64,000 nucleotides of DNA from Podarcis pityusensis (Eukaryota), in the NCBI GenBank assembly GCA_964106645.2, contig OZ067042.1. The stretch is one strand, 5' to 3'. The notes under the pieces were generated by a model. The model saw nothing but the letters and a program-made list of their open reading frames with translations. It had not been told where the DNA came from and ran no database searches. A program made the translations under genes and the position numbers. Numbering within the stretch: the first letter of the stretch is position 1; each line of letters begins with the position of its first letter. Shown here piece after piece: positions 62,665-64,000 of the stretch.

Positions 62665-62862
62665 CAGTCGTACCTCGGACATCGAACAGAATCCGTTCTG
62701 GAAATCCGTTTGACTTCCGAAACATTTGACTTCCAAAATGTGGCTTCTGTTTGGCTGCAAGAAGCTCCTGCAGCCAATCGGAAGCCATGGAAGCACCGCC
62801 AGGCATTCAGCTTCCAACTGAAGGAACGCTCACTTCTGGTTTTCAATCATTCAAGCTGACTG
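62665..62862. mobile_element. Tc1/mariner MITE with damaged right end
   Basis: TA-cagtcgtacctcgg ... gactg-TA; interior related to the 24385 element. Confidence 0.7.
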
Positions 62863-64000
62863 TATTCTTATAATGGTCTGGTGTTTTCAAGAGGCTCATG
62901 GTTCACACTCCATTACCCAACCACAAGCAGAGAGATTATCCTGGAGCAGAAGAAGGGTGTGGTCCTTTGCCTAATGTGTACAGCTTGCTTCTTCAGAACT
63001 GATTTAGGAAACGCCAGGGAGAAATCACATGGCTCCTACTGAAACCTCATCTCTATTCTACTCATTCTTCTTAAAGGCACTTTTGTGCCCCCAGCACTAG
63101 ATAGATAATATAGATTTATGTATATATTTCTGTTGCATGCTTGCACATTCAGGATCGGTGCATACACATATTAAGAAAACATGTGTTGCTCTTCTGAGCC
63201 AAACTAGGAATGCCTGGAAGGTTTGCCCATGAAATTAGGTGATCTGGACTGGAGAAAGTGGAGGGGTAAAACAATTTAAAATTCTCTGGTCCTACTATTT
63301 GCAGAGGATTTGCTTTTTTCCAAATTGTTTTTAAACCAGATAAAAGAAAACATGGTTTGGGGTGTTTATTTTAAATGCTACAAGTACATTCTTGCCTCTT
63401 AGTCTTAAGCTCCTGAGTTTTCTCCAGGGTGAAGAAAACAGGCTCATTCCAGTAAAATCAAGCTGAGGGACCTTATTAGGAGTCTGCACAGATTTATCAG
63501 AATAACCTAATTGCAAACTGAAGTTTTATTAGGCACCACAGATATGTTAGTAATAAATTACAGGAAGCAACAAAGGACTTGAGACAGAATACAGAGCGTT
63601 ATTTTGAGAGATAAAAGCAAAATATGTTAATATCAATCCTACCAAGGCTTGTGTCGGTTAATTGAAATGCCAATGTGATATCTGAAAAGTAATGCTAATC
63701 TTTTTAAACTTGTGTTTACAAAAAAGAAGAAGAAAAAGAATAACAGCCTGATAGCTCTGGCCTACGTAAGAGGCACCAGCCCCGGCAGTATCTCCTTCTT
63801 CTATAACAAATTATGCAGAGACATTAAATTCTAAAAGACTTTAAGATCTGTCTCGAGGAAAAAGACTAACACTACCTATTTAATTAAGGAGCCAGTTGAT
63901 ATATTTGCCCAAGCAACTCAGCCAAAGTCAGCTCTGAAGACAATGCAACTATTTTCATACAGGTCCTACAGGATTCTAGACTTTTCATTATCAACCAGGA

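Overview
Eukaryotic vertebrate DNA, most likely a squamate (lacertid-like lizard, inferred from Sauria-type and related SINEs). The window matches the conserved TEX36-EDRF1-(MMP21)-UROS block. It holds a complete 4-exon TEX36 on the minus strand (18308->6172, 198 aa) and, head-to-head with it, a complete 25-exon EDRF1 on the plus strand (19803-49743, 3738 nt, 1245 aa, one GC-AG intron). The last three coding exons of UROS lie on the minus strand (60601->57651). No intact MMP21 lies between EDRF1 and UROS. Several collinear, decayed minus-strand fragments there resemble MMP21 exons, including a relic of the HEIGHVLGL zinc-binding exon, suggesting a unitary pseudogene of this left-right-organizer gene. 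That call rests on manual comparison with remembered sequence and needs alignment. Introns and intergenic DNA carry many TEs: a young 5'-truncated L1 with open frame and TSD, L2, RTE and CR1 fragments, a probable solo LTR, tRNA-derived SINEs, hAT and Tigger-like MITEs (one nested, one with CpG-rich cargo) and microsatellites. Most supplied ORFs are chance ORFs or exon read-throughs. No prokaryotic-type system is present.
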